A stretch of 64,000 nucleotides of DNA. Origin: a virus. This document shows, in pieces, positions 50,812 to 59,686 of this stretch; the stretch's first letter is position 1, and each line of letters starts with the position of its first letter. Position numbers and translations under genes: made by a program. The notes below the pieces were generated by a model. It made no database searches, was not told the origin of the DNA, and was given only the letters and a program-made list of their open reading frames with translations. The stretch spans positions 31,830 through 95,829 of the IMG/VR virus record IMGVR_UViG_3300021197_001928, one strand, 5' to 3'.

Positions 50812-51180
50812 TTATTTAGTTTTATTTTCCAACATACCTTTTTCTCTGTAGAGTTCACCCTCCAGATAGTGTTTTACTTTAGCAATATAATCATTAGCAA
50901 GTGTAATTTTTAACTCAACCCATTCAGGAAGATTATCTTCATCAGATATCATTTGCATTAATTCTTCAGCATAATTTCTCATATGCATTAGTTGGGAACG
51001 AGACATACTTCCCTCGTTGTTATTATGGTTGTGCATCATATCAGGACAACCACATGGTTCATCATCCATAGCAATTCCAATTTCAGGAACATGTATTGTT
51101 TGAGCCATTGGATCTTCAATTGGTCCCCCGCATTCATTTAATTTGCTTTCATTTATAATTTTAACTTTAATCTTTTTCAT
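50812..51180 (-). CDS. Hypothetical protein, probably head-associated
   Basis: MKKIKVKIINE leader and EGSMSRSQL...LPEWVELKIT.A.DYI module. Confidence 0.6.
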   Translation of the reverse strand: MKKIKVKIINESKLNECGGPIEDPMAQTIHVPEIGIAMDDEPCGCPDMMHNHNNNEGSMSRSQLMHMRNYAEELMQMISDEDNLPEWVELKITLANDYIAKVKHYLEGELYREKGMLENKTK

Positions 51181-51192
51181 AATTTTGTTCCT

Positions 51193-51570
51193 TTATTTTA
51201 AAGAAATATGACCTCTTCCGCCAAATTGCATATTCCCGCTTGTGTCATCAGGTACTAGGTCAACTTTTTCGCCGGTATCAATTGATTTGCCCATTCTATA
51301 AATTTTGCCACCACTATGATTTACAAAAATTTCTATATCTTGGCCATCTTTATTGATAATAAACCGCATATATTCACCATCCTGTTCTTTTCTTATAGGA
51401 TGTGTTGACATACCACCGGGCTCATTAGGGTTATATAATAAAAGGTTCCTTGCATAGCTAATGAGATCTCTGCTGGTTCGGGGTCTTTTTTTGTAAGAAT
51501 TGAATCCCCTTCGCATCTCGCTAATTTCTTCCTTAATCATTTTCCGTAATAGTTCAGTTGTTATTTTCAT
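51193..51570 (-). CDS. Leader-bearing protein (MKITTELLRKMIKEE)
   Basis: Shared N-terminal leader; CTATTTA at 51595-51589. Confidence 0.7.
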   Translation of the reverse strand: MKITTELLRKMIKEEISEMRRGFNSYKKRPRTSRDLISYARNLLLYNPNEPGGMSTHPIRKEQDGEYMRFIINKDGQDIEIFVNHSGGKIYRMGKSIDTGEKVDLVPDDTSGNMQFGGRGHISLK

Positions 51571-51587
51571 AATAAATCCTCTTGATA

Positions 51588-51965
51588 CTAAATAGGTTCC
51601 TCAAAGTTATCGAACTTCATTTCGGCTAAATCAATTTTAAATTTATGTATTTCTTTTCTTAATTCTCCGGGTCTAATTCCAAGAAAAGAGGCTGCATCGT
51701 CAAAAGTCCTCGTTGAAGAAAGAGCAAATTTGAGACACGCCTCTTTGACAATATATTTCATAGACCTAAAAACAGGAAAGTTATATAATTTATTATTTAT
51801 ATGAGAAGCTGCCAACTCTAATTTAAGCCCAATAATATCCTCCAGAGAAAGACTTTGGAGCATAACCTCAAAATCGTCAGTGATCTTTTTTTCACGCTTT
51901 AATTTATTTCTTAGAGAATACTTGTAGTTTTTGCCTTTATATTCTCTTAACTTTTTTTTCCACAT
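51588..51965 (-). CDS. Fis-like HTH protein
   Basis: C-terminal ALSSTRTFDDAASFLGI...LRK. Confidence 0.55.
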   Translation of the reverse strand: MWKKKLREYKGKNYKYSLRNKLKREKKITDDFEVMLQSLSLEDIIGLKLELAASHINNKLYNFPVFRSMKYIVKEACLKFALSSTRTFDDAASFLGIRPGELRKEIHKFKIDLAEMKFDNFEEPI

Positions 51966-51970
51966 TTTTC

Positions 51971-51999
51971 TTGACTATTGGTTAATAATATGTTATATT
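51971..51999 (+). promoter_or_regulatory. Sigma70-type promoter oriented antisense to the minus-strand genes
   Basis: TTGACT-17 nt-TATATT with TGn extension. Confidence 0.45.
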
Positions 52000-52002
52000 A
52001 TA

Positions 52003-52905
52003 TTATGCTGTTTGTTTTGCTTGGTCATATTCTGGTGTTGTTGGCTCATCCACAGATGTTTGAAGCTCATCTTCAAATTTATCGAAGTAAAGCTTTATAT
52101 TCGTGACAAGATAATCCAAAAAGATTTTTTTATCCTCTGGGTTAGCTAGTGAATCATATGCATCAAGGATATACTGTGAGATCTTGCGATAACAAGTATA
52201 TGCGTGGTTACGTCCTGTTTCGTCCATTCCTTCTAAGCCACCACCAAAGTCCTCTTCAGGGCTTGGCTCATCGTCATCCTCAACAGGTATTTTTTTGTCA
52301 TCGTCACCTTCGTCATCAATATCAATTTCTATATCAGCTTCTTCAAGTGCGCCCAAGTCAGCGTCTTCTTCATCATCCAAGCCTAGATCGACATCTTCTA
52401 CATCCATGTCTTTCCCTTCACCACCACCAGTTGGTTCAGAAAGTAAAGTGGAACTACCACCAGAACCGCCTTGTAAATATTGAGAATTCACAGTCTCAGG
52501 CTTAAGTGCATCTATAATAGCTTTAACAATGTGTGATCTGAACGATTTTCGTTGATTTTCGTCTGTTGTGAGTTTTTTATAATCAGTACGTAATGTTGGT
52601 ATAGATTTTTTAAGAACATCTTCCAAGGTATTAATACCGGTTGATCTATGTGGATGAGTATCAGATAAATCTCCCTCTTTGAGAAGGTCACGAATAATAA
52701 CCCTTAATTGATATTCTTGTTTAATTTGCTCACTCAATAAATTTTTTAGTTTTCTTCGAACGTGCTCTCTTAATATTTTTTCATCTTCTGTCATTTCGTC
52801 TTCCTTTTTAACGGCAACACCTTGAACTGCACCTGCACCCATCGCAGACATTTCAAGTAATTGTTCAATTGTTGTAATTTCAACGATTGTGTTTTGATCC
52901 ATCAC
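52003..52905 (-). CDS. Acidic scaffold-like/internal head protein candidate
   Basis: Long D/E tract; LLE, LRE, LSE, LKE and LEE sites; internal leader-like LRVIIRDLLKE. Confidence 0.55.
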   Translation of the reverse strand: MMDQNTIVEITTIEQLLEMSAMGAGAVQGVAVKKEDEMTEDEKILREHVRRKLKNLLSEQIKQEYQLRVIIRDLLKEGDLSDTHPHRSTGINTLEDVLKKSIPTLRTDYKKLTTDENQRKSFRSHIVKAIIDALKPETVNSQYLQGGSGGSSTLLSEPTGGGEGKDMDVEDVDLGLDDEEDADLGALEEADIEIDIDDEGDDDKKIPVEDDDEPSPEEDFGGGLEGMDETGRNHAYTCYRKISQYILDAYDSLANPEDKKIFLDYLVTNIKLYFDKFEDELQTSVDEPTTPEYDQAKQTA

Positions 52906-53684
52906 TTTTTACCTTTTTTCTTGTTATCTAAATATGCCTGAAGGCCGGGATTTAATTTTCCTTTCTTTTTCTTGGGTTTGTCTTCACCTTCACCCTCTTC
53001 CTCACCAGTATTATCTTCACTATCACCTTCATTTTCTTTCATAGGTTTTTCATCTTTTTCGGTGTCGCCCTCTTCTTTATCCTTGGCAGCATCAGACATT
53101 GATTCCTCTTTGTCACCATCACCATCGATATCAGCAAAGTCAGGTTTCTTTTCTTCTTTAAGTTTTCCAAGATCCATTTTGAATCCCCACTTTCCGGTGA
53201 GAAGACCACCGATTTCTTTGTTTTTCCATTCTTTTAAAGACATTTTTCTATTTCTCCTTTCGTTATAAATAGTATTTTCTTTCTCTTTTAGACTATCTTC
53301 CCAGTCTCTAAACAACATTGGGTCATTAGCCTCTTTTTCCATCTTTCTTAGATGTGGGTTTTTCTGTGCATATCCCTTACCAGAGTAACCTGAGTCTTCA
53401 AACTCACCATTCTCATTCTGGCTGTGATGCACCAATTCGTGCGCTATAGATCTTAGGATGTCCTTGGGGTGCCTGTTAGTTGCAAACACGTGAATTTCCA
53501 TAGTGTTGGGGTCGTAATGGCCTGTTTTGCCAAGAGTGTTACTAGCATTTCTCTTGTCATGGTTAAGAAAGATACTTGGGGGCTTTTCAAAGCCTAATCT
53601 TTGTTGAGCGAAATCACAAAGACTGTGTACTTCTTTTTCATATTCAACCGGAGATCCTGTTTTGTTGTTAATTTTAAAATTCAT
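52902..53684 (-). CDS. Zincin-like metallopeptidase domain with an acidic/basic tail
   Basis: RHPKDILRSIAHELVHHSQN...MEKEAN; tail DFADIDGDGDKEE. Start uncertain (53684-53696). Confidence 0.7.
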   Translation of the reverse strand: MNFKINNKTGSPVEYEKEVHSLCDFAQQRLGFEKPPSIFLNHDKRNASNTLGKTGHYDPNTMEIHVFATNRHPKDILRSIAHELVHHSQNENGEFEDSGYSGKGYAQKNPHLRKMEKEANDPMLFRDWEDSLKEKENTIYNERRNRKMSLKEWKNKEIGGLLTGKWGFKMDLGKLKEEKKPDFADIDGDGDKEESMSDAAKDKEEGDTEKDEKPMKENEGDSEDNTGEEEGEGEDKPKKKKGKLNPGLQAYLDNKKKGKK

Positions 53685-54456
53685 AATCGTCATCATCCTC
53701 TAAATTAATTCCGCTAAAATCCAGATCATCGTGACCGCCGAACATTTTTTCAAATTCATCCTTTTCTGGTTCCGGCGGCACCAATTCATCTTTACCGTAT
53801 CCTCTCATGTCAAGAACGGCACCAGCGACGTCGGTTGCACTTGAGGGGACACCTCTATTATGCACGATTTTTAATAGAGTTTCGTTTGTTATATTAGGGT
53901 GCTGTGCCGCAGACCCAACAAGCTGGAAATCGATTTTCTTTATTCCATGGTCAACTAAGCGGTCAAGTATTTCGGCTGTTGCACTAGGATTAGAGGCAAC
54001 ATTGCGCTTTGTCCGTTGGTGTTCCTTTTCCATTGATAAGGTATCGAGCATTTCTTTAGTCGAAGAAGAATTTAAAGCAAGGCTAGCACGTACTCTAAGT
54101 TTGTCGTTATCCAATAAATTTTGCAAAACATCCACTGGAGTTACCGGGTTTACGGCAACTTTCGCCAAGACATATGTATTTGCAGGTGGCGCCGTGGCAA
54201 AGATTCTCATTGCTTCGGGTGATTGCTTTATTGTTGGGTGTGCTATAACCATTCTTATAATTTTTGAGTTTTGACTCAAATCACTGTAGGAGACTGGCAC
54301 ACCCAGCATATCTGCTAGCTCAATTCCTTGAATCACAAAAGTTCCATCGTCTGATTTAAGCAATTGATCAAGTTTTGGCATTCCGGTACTCTCTCTGAGG
54401 GCTTTTGAGAGTTCTTCTTTTATTATTTGTTTTAATTGTTTTGTTGTTAATTTCAT
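53674..54456 (-). CDS. Leader-bearing protein (MKLTTKQLKQIIKEE) with LRV/HEAT-like repeats
   Basis: Repeats VAVNPVTPVDVL, LALNSSSTKEML, VASNPSATAEIL, AAQHPNITNETL. Confidence 0.75.
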   Translation of the reverse strand: MKLTTKQLKQIIKEELSKALRESTGMPKLDQLLKSDDGTFVIQGIELADMLGVPVSYSDLSQNSKIIRMVIAHPTIKQSPEAMRIFATAPPANTYVLAKVAVNPVTPVDVLQNLLDNDKLRVRASLALNSSSTKEMLDTLSMEKEHQRTKRNVASNPSATAEILDRLVDHGIKKIDFQLVGSAAQHPNITNETLLKIVHNRGVPSSATDVAGAVLDMRGYGKDELVPPEPEKDEFEKMFGGHDDLDFSGINLEDDDDYEF

Positions 54457-55028
54457 TGTTTATTTCCACTTAATATTGCGTCTTGTTCCTCTTTGGTAGT
54501 CTTTATTGCTTTGATTTTATCAAAGGTCATAACTGTCGGTTCCCCGCTGGCCCTGTATCCAAGTCTGTGGTATGTACCAACATAATTTTGTCTTATATCT
54601 TCGAAGAAATTATCCCACTGAAGGAAAGAATATTGGGGATGTTTGTGCTTTTTATGCATCCCCTCTGGGTCGTTCTGCCAGTCATATATTTTGTTTCCGG
54701 GGATATCCGCATAGAAGAGCCCACCATGACCAGAAGTAACCATTCCTTCGGTATTCTCAAGATCAACATACCAATAGGATCGCTTATATCCGCTAGCGTT
54801 AACATCCCGCATTGTATATCTTTGCTTACCAAACATTTCAGGGTCAACTACCATACTGTCTTGTTCAGAGTGCCCCCCTTTAGGAGTATAATGAAAAACT
54901 CTCAGCACACCGGGTGCATATAATCCGATGTAGTCACTTAGTTCTTTGGTACCTTCTGGTTCCTCGGATAGAACATTTTTGAGTTCTTCTTTTATTATTT
55001 GTTTTAACCGTTCTGTTGTCAATTTCAT
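54453..55028 (-). CDS. Leader-bearing protein (MKLTTERLKQIIKEE), possible ADP-ribosyltransferase-like fold
   Basis: Start refined to ATG 55028 (ATGA overlap). RVFHYT...KRSYWY...LFYADIPGNKIYD resembles ART-superfamily strands; the fold call is weak. Confidence 0.55.
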   Translation of the reverse strand: MKLTTERLKQIIKEELKNVLSEEPEGTKELSDYIGLYAPGVLRVFHYTPKGGHSEQDSMVVDPEMFGKQRYTMRDVNASGYKRSYWYVDLENTEGMVTSGHGGLFYADIPGNKIYDWQNDPEGMHKKHKHPQYSFLQWDNFFEDIRQNYVGTYHRLGYRASGEPTVMTFDKIKAIKTTKEEQDAILSGNKQ

Positions 55029-55360
55029 ATCTTCATATCCTTTTTGCACTCTTCGTTATAATGTATAAACTCGACCACATTGCCATCCGGGTCTTTTACA
55101 TAACAACCAGTTGTACCGTCCCTATGTTGGACAACTTGCCCTAAATGTGAAGGCAAATCTCGATATTCACCAACATAAATACCTATGTGGGCATCACTAT
55201 AATGTTTTTTATCAATAAGAGCGAGTGTGACATTGCCCATAGCCATTCTTTTATACTTATAGTCTTCAAAAACTAACTCAGCACCACAGTTTTTTTCATA
55301 CCATTTCTGTGAGATTTCCAGATCTTCTACTAAAATTGCTATATGGTCTACTATTTTCAT
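55025..55360 (-). CDS. VOC/glyoxalase-family protein
   Basis: DHIAILVEDLE.S..WY, HIGI, YVKDPDGNVVE. Confidence 0.88.
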   Translation of the reverse strand: MKIVDHIAILVEDLEISQKWYEKNCGAELVFEDYKYKRMAMGNVTLALIDKKHYSDAHIGIYVGEYRDLPSHLGQVVQHRDGTTGCYVKDPDGNVVEFIHYNEECKKDMKI

Positions 55361-55364
55361 AATT

Positions 55365-55583
55365 CTAATTAGTCTCCTCAAGTCTTAATTGAAATGGACT
55401 AAGGGATATTGTGTCTCCCGTCTTCGAACAAACAACCATTATCACACTCACAGGTCTTCCACCCATAATTTTAGCTATTTTATCGATAATTGTGCCATAA
55501 TAGACCACTTCTATAATATCATTATCAACAACTGCCCACTCAGACCATGAAACTAGATCACCTAGTTCAAATCCGTAGGACAT
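55365..55583 (-). CDS. Small SH3/KOW-like protein
   Basis: FELGDLVSW...YGTII. Start refined to MSYGF. Confidence 0.6.
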   Translation of the reverse strand: MSYGFELGDLVSWSEWAVVDNDIIEVVYYGTIIDKIAKIMGGRPVSVIMVVCSKTGDTISLSPFQLRLEETN

Positions 55584-55602
55584 TGTTTCACCAAAAGCAA
55601 CT

Positions 55603-55773
55603 TTACTCTCCAATTTTGACATTTTCAACCCAACAACACAAGCCTTTACCTAAGTAGTTATACATTAATTCTATTGCAATATCATAATCATAGGGCCCTA
55701 GCGTTTGCCAAGACTCATTAATTAAAGTTTTCTTGTAAATTCTTACATAATATTTCACATAATTGAGAGTCAT
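55603..55773 (-). CDS. Small hypothetical protein (56 aa, not in ORF track)
   Basis: MTLNYVKYYVRIYKK...GPYDYDIAIELMYNYLGKGLCCWVE; TAATG coupling with the upstream ORF. Confidence 0.6.
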   Translation of the reverse strand: MTLNYVKYYVRIYKKTLINESWQTLGPYDYDIAIELMYNYLGKGLCCWVENVKIGE

Positions 55774-55904
55774 TAGTCATTCTGCTCTCCAATTTTTAAA
55801 TAAATTAGACACAAAACCACTATGACAGGTATATCAAAGCCAAAAATAACATACAAAAACAAAATTGACATCATAAAGAGGATGCCAAACAAAGCTTTTT
55901 CCAT
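55773..55904 (-). CDS. Small membrane protein (43 aa, not in ORF track)
   Basis: MEKALFGILFMMSILFLYVIFGFDIPVIVVLCLIYLKIGEQND; TGATG coupling. Confidence 0.6.
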   Translation of the reverse strand: MEKALFGILFMMSILFLYVIFGFDIPVIVVLCLIYLKIGEQND

Positions 55905-56221
55905 CAATTTAGACCAATCCATTCAATTTCTTCCTCTGGTACCATAACTAAGACACCTAATCCAAAGGTGTAGGGTGTAAATAAGCAGTATCTTCCTTGT
56001 TTATCCTTCTTAATGCTGTCAACCCAATAGAAATCAGCACTCTTTTCTATCCATACGAAGGACTTATCTGCTAAAGACCAGTAAAAAGCCTTCCCTTTTC
56101 CTTTAATTTTGACCGTATACAGGCAGTCACCCTTCTTATTTTTAATAAACCCGGCCATACGAGCGGCTAATTTGATGTAATTCGTGAAAAACTCTTGATC
56201 TTCCTCTTCAAATGACACCAT
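55904..56221 (-). CDS. Hypothetical protein
   Basis: 105 aa; CTATTTA at 56244-56238 upstream. Confidence 0.65.
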   Translation of the reverse strand: MVSFEEEDQEFFTNYIKLAARMAGFIKNKKGDCLYTVKIKGKGKAFYWSLADKSFVWIEKSADFYWVDSIKKDKQGRYCLFTPYTFGLGVLVMVPEEEIEWIGLN

Positions 56222-56255
56222 AAGTACCCCCTACAAGTAAATAGAAACCAAAAAC

Positions 56256-57434
56256 TTATTCTCCACCACCGTCGCCACCACTGTCACCACCGGAATCATG
56301 TGCATGGGAGCCTATATAAGGCCATAATGACCCCCTATTTCGGCGTTTTTTGGGTGTTTTACGGCGCTTTTTACGCCCTTTCTTGCGCTTTTCATCCATA
56401 TTTTGGACGATTTTTACCTTAATTTTGCGTTTTTTTTTATCATCTTTCTCTTCCAAAGCTCCAAAGCCGGCTGGTGCACTCTTTGAACGACTCATTTTAG
56501 GCCTTTTATGGCCTTTTCCGCCTCCAAAACTCTTATTTTTGCCTAATCCAATCAACTTTTTCTTCATTTTCTTATGTTTTCGCTTCTGAGAGCGCTGAAA
56601 ACGGCTCTCTTCACTGATTATTCCTTGATTTTTGATCATTTCTACCGCTGAACGTACAATTTGAGTGCCATTTTTGGCATATTTAAACATTTCATCCACA
56701 GAAACCCACACATATTCGTCATTTTCTTGAAAATCTTGCATATCTAGGTTGATTTCGGGCTCATTTTGCTCTAATTTGGTCTGAAAAAAAGTAATATTGT
56801 TATTTTTACCCTTCCAGTGGAATATTTGAGAGCCAATTTTCTCTAAATACGGCAATAACAAGCCTGTTTCTTCCATTATTTCCCTTTCTGTGCCCTCAAT
56901 AGGTCCATCTGGGCGATTTACTTCCAATTCTTTGAGGTGTCCGCCCGGAATATCCCATTTTCTGCCTTCATCTGTGCGCCTTAAGAGTAAAATTCGGTCA
57001 TTTTTGTCATATATGATAGCTTTTCCAACTTCTGGGCTGTCTTTTAAGAAATCAAACGGATTTTTTACCTGTATTTTGCCAAAGTTGTTGGAAATCTCCT
57101 CTAAACTATCATCATAATGGAGCGTAGAGCCTAAATTTTCGAGCTTTTCTAACTTTAATGCACCTTCGGTATAGTGAATTCTTTCGGGCGTAAAATAACT
57201 GCTTAATAAGAGCTTCTCAAGGTATGCCGGAACTGTAAATTCGGGAAAAAGATCTTCTTTATCTCTAGATCGTGCTGTAACAATATGAATATCGTCTCCT
57301 TTTTCAATATGAGATTGGATTAACTCAATAATTTTATCATTATAGCCATCAAAAACAAAAATTGGCTTATTATCTTCAATTAGCATGTGAGCCATAACGA
57401 TTGTGTCATCAAAATCGAAAGTTATTACAGCCAT
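56256..57434 (-). CDS. HAD-like phosphatase-Nudix hydrolase fusion with a strongly basic tail
   Basis: FDFDDT, VTAR, HYDD; Nudix box WDIPGG...REIMEETGL; K/R-rich C-terminus. Confidence 0.8.
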   Translation of the reverse strand: MAVITFDFDDTIVMAHMLIEDNKPIFVFDGYNDKIIELIQSHIEKGDDIHIVTARSRDKEDLFPEFTVPAYLEKLLLSSYFTPERIHYTEGALKLEKLENLGSTLHYDDSLEEISNNFGKIQVKNPFDFLKDSPEVGKAIIYDKNDRILLLRRTDEGRKWDIPGGHLKELEVNRPDGPIEGTEREIMEETGLLLPYLEKIGSQIFHWKGKNNNITFFQTKLEQNEPEINLDMQDFQENDEYVWVSVDEMFKYAKNGTQIVRSAVEMIKNQGIISEESRFQRSQKRKHKKMKKKLIGLGKNKSFGGGKGHKRPKMSRSKSAPAGFGALEEKDDKKKRKIKVKIVQNMDEKRKKGRKKRRKTPKKRRNRGSLWPYIGSHAHDSGGDSGGDGGGE

Positions 57435-58183
57435 TACTTCTCATCTCCGTGAATTCCGGTTTTTTCCGGCTGATATTCGTTGTTAAATAATCTATTTGCT
57501 TGTTTTGCTATTTCTCTTCGTATAAGATTCACTGATATATCGCTTTTATCTAAATAATCATTTAAATTATTAATTTGCTTTGTTACAATGGCCTGAACGG
57601 AGGAAATTCTTTCCGGAGGGATCTGTAGGCTATGATCTGAGGCCGCTTTATAGACACTTACGTCATCACAGTCGTCATTAGGGTCTGGTGTTGTCCCATT
57701 ATAATCAAAAGTATCACTTCCACCGATTATTTCTCCATCTTCATTGTATTCTTCTGTGCCCGGTGCAGTTTTTCTCTTAATGTATCCAAATTCGTTTTCA
57801 AGTTTGTTCCAAACTTTTGCTGCTGGCTTGGTAGTACTAGTCAAATGGTCCGAGGTTATGCCTCCTTTATAATTTTTTAGCACTAAGAGTGAGGCGACTT
57901 CATATAAATACGTTCCAATACCTCTTTCAAGAGCGCTTGGGTGAACCGCAACGGCACCAATTTCATGTGTGTCCGGAATGCAGGGCTTATCTGTCATTGT
58001 ACTTGTCTCAATCATTCCAATAACCATTGGTGTCTCTGGAGGTTGTGCCGATGCTAAATCAACAAGAGCCAAATTCATGCCGACTGATGTCTGAAAGGTA
58101 TATAATCCTAAGGTTTCCATTTTATATTCTTTGGTCCAAGATTCATTTACAAATTTACGCCAGCTTTCCATTAATAATTTCAT
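57434..58183 (-). CDS. Leader-bearing (MKLLMESWRKFVNE) GNAT acetyltransferase-like protein
   Basis: AVAVHPSALERGIGTYLYE (GNAT motif A) and SD...T..A..VW. Confidence 0.7.
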   Translation of the reverse strand: MKLLMESWRKFVNESWTKEYKMETLGLYTFQTSVGMNLALVDLASAQPPETPMVIGMIETSTMTDKPCIPDTHEIGAVAVHPSALERGIGTYLYEVASLLVLKNYKGGITSDHLTSTTKPAAKVWNKLENEFGYIKRKTAPGTEEYNEDGEIIGGSDTFDYNGTTPDPNDDCDDVSVYKAASDHSLQIPPERISSVQAIVTKQINNLNDYLDKSDISVNLIRREIAKQANRLFNNEYQPEKTGIHGDEK

Positions 58184-58196
58184 TGTTTTTTCCTAT

Positions 58197-58245
58197 ATTA
58201 TAGCACATTTTGTGCCGTTTGTCAAACGTTTTCGACAATAAATAG
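58197..58245 (-). promoter_or_regulatory. Tandem promoters: CTATTTA motif plus consensus sigma70 promoter
   Basis: CTATTTA at 58245-58239; TTGACA(58225-58220)-17 nt-TATAAT(58202-58197) with TGn extension. Confidence 0.75.
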
Positions 58246-58251
58246 TTAAAT

Positions 58252-59217
58252 TTACTGATAATAGTAAGCAATCTCCACTAAACTTTTTTCATCAGGCATT
58301 GTATTGAAATAAACACGGTTTTCAGCATCAACATAATGCCAATCATAATTGGGCACACCATCAATAAAAACATAAATCCTATCATTATAAAGTGGAACAT
58401 GTGTTAACTCCCAATAATCATATTGAGTAATCTGTGTTCCGGCGTCTGCAACGCCCTGAGACCAGTCTTCAGAACAAATATCTATCGTTTGACCGGGTAA
58501 TCCATTAGCGGCATCAATATATCTTTTTCCTTCATTCAAGGGTGAGGCTGGTTGACACTCGGTATCTCCCTCCTTCAACTGTACTATCGAAGAAACAAAA
58601 ACATATTCTCTCTCGGTAGATATCCAACCTATAAAATCACTAGGGCTGGGAAAATGCACATAGCTTTGCTCTTCTTCATCTGATACAAAAACAATCAATA
58701 AAGCAGCATCTTCTCTCATCCATGTAGAGGCATAACCATTTCCCATATACGATCTCACCGCATCAAAACCTTTCTCGTGGTGCCCTGTTACAGTTGTGCT
58801 TAGTTGATCCTCGGCTTCTTGAGACCCGTCTCCCGGAATTAGAGGGAACTCTTGGGTTTGAGCAGACCGAGTCGGATCAGCAGATATAATCGCTAATCTC
58901 CAACCAGAAACCGGCAACACACTTAACATATCACCAATTCCAGCAACTACTCTTGGCCTATCATTAATCATAGAACCAGAAGGGTCGATCACCCATAAGA
59001 TGTCAACCCCTTCAAAATTGCCCGGCTGTGTAAAATTATCAACCCATATGTCTGCTGCGTCCTGTCCAGTATCTTGGATAATTATCGTATCCCCTTCAAT
59101 ATAAACATCTTGCTGAGACACCCACGTCTCAACCTCTTCGTAAGTTATTTTTTCAACCTCGTATGTGAGCATGTGATCCGATATACATGCGAACAAAAAT
59201 AAAAACCAGACAAACAT
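58252..59217 (-). CDS. vWA-domain lipoprotein
   Basis: Lipobox LFAC; MIDAS motif VDILWVIDPSGSM; IVFVSDE. Confidence 0.8.
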   Translation of the reverse strand: MFVWFLFLFACISDHMLTYEVEKITYEEVETWVSQQDVYIEGDTIIIQDTGQDAADIWVDNFTQPGNFEGVDILWVIDPSGSMINDRPRVVAGIGDMLSVLPVSGWRLAIISADPTRSAQTQEFPLIPGDGSQEAEDQLSTTVTGHHEKGFDAVRSYMGNGYASTWMREDAALLIVFVSDEEEQSYVHFPSPSDFIGWISTEREYVFVSSIVQLKEGDTECQPASPLNEGKRYIDAANGLPGQTIDICSEDWSQGVADAGTQITQYDYWELTHVPLYNDRIYVFIDGVPNYDWHYVDAENRVYFNTMPDEKSLVEIAYYYQ

Positions 59218-59263
59218 AACATAAATCCCCCCATACTAGTAACTATGAGGTAAAATTATTAAT

Positions 59264-59686
59264 CTATTTTTGTTTTGAAAAAAGCCGAAGACAGTTTTTT
59301 GGGATGGTATAAGTATAATCTTCCTCTGCAAAATAAACAAGGTAAGAGTCAATCACATTGCTCATTTCTCTTCCGTCAAAATCTGAGGTTTTAATTATTG
59401 TTTCTGCGATGATTGTACCAATCCCTTTGTAATTTAAAATTTCTTTAATATTTGGTTTTAACTCAACCAAATCACCAATTTTTAATTTATCTTTTTTAGT
59501 ATTCATGCTTATTTTGTCGATGTAGTCATTCATTAGAGTAATGTCTTCACTATCTGTAAATAGGCGGATCTTAGAAGAATAAAGACCAACGTATGTAATT
59601 ACACCCGGCACATGGCGAGCCCCGATTAAACCAATCAGCCATGGATTATTGCTTATTACTATGTCTCCGATTTGAAACTGCATCAT
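59264..59686 (-). CDS. Tandem SH3/KOW-like protein
   Basis: FQIGDIV and LKIGDLV repeats. Confidence 0.6.
   Translation of the reverse strand: MMQFQIGDIVISNNPWLIGLIGARHVPGVITYVGLYSSKIRLFTDSEDITLMNDYIDKISMNTKKDKLKIGDLVELKPNIKEILNYKGIGTIIAETIIKTSDFDGREMSNVIDSYLVYFAEEDYTYTIPKNCLRLFSKQK

Noticed and set aside
55650-55660. ACTACTTAG as a variant late promoter
   Set aside because: It lies inside the 56-aa ORF and mismatches the motif. The ATAGTTA variant at 59240-59246 is similarly too weak to call.
346-57117. Numerous short plus-strand ORFs in the track (e.g. 346-765, 13555-14070, 46747-47211, 53807-54274)
   Set aside because: They are antisense shadows of long minus-strand genes with no RBS or recognisable motifs.
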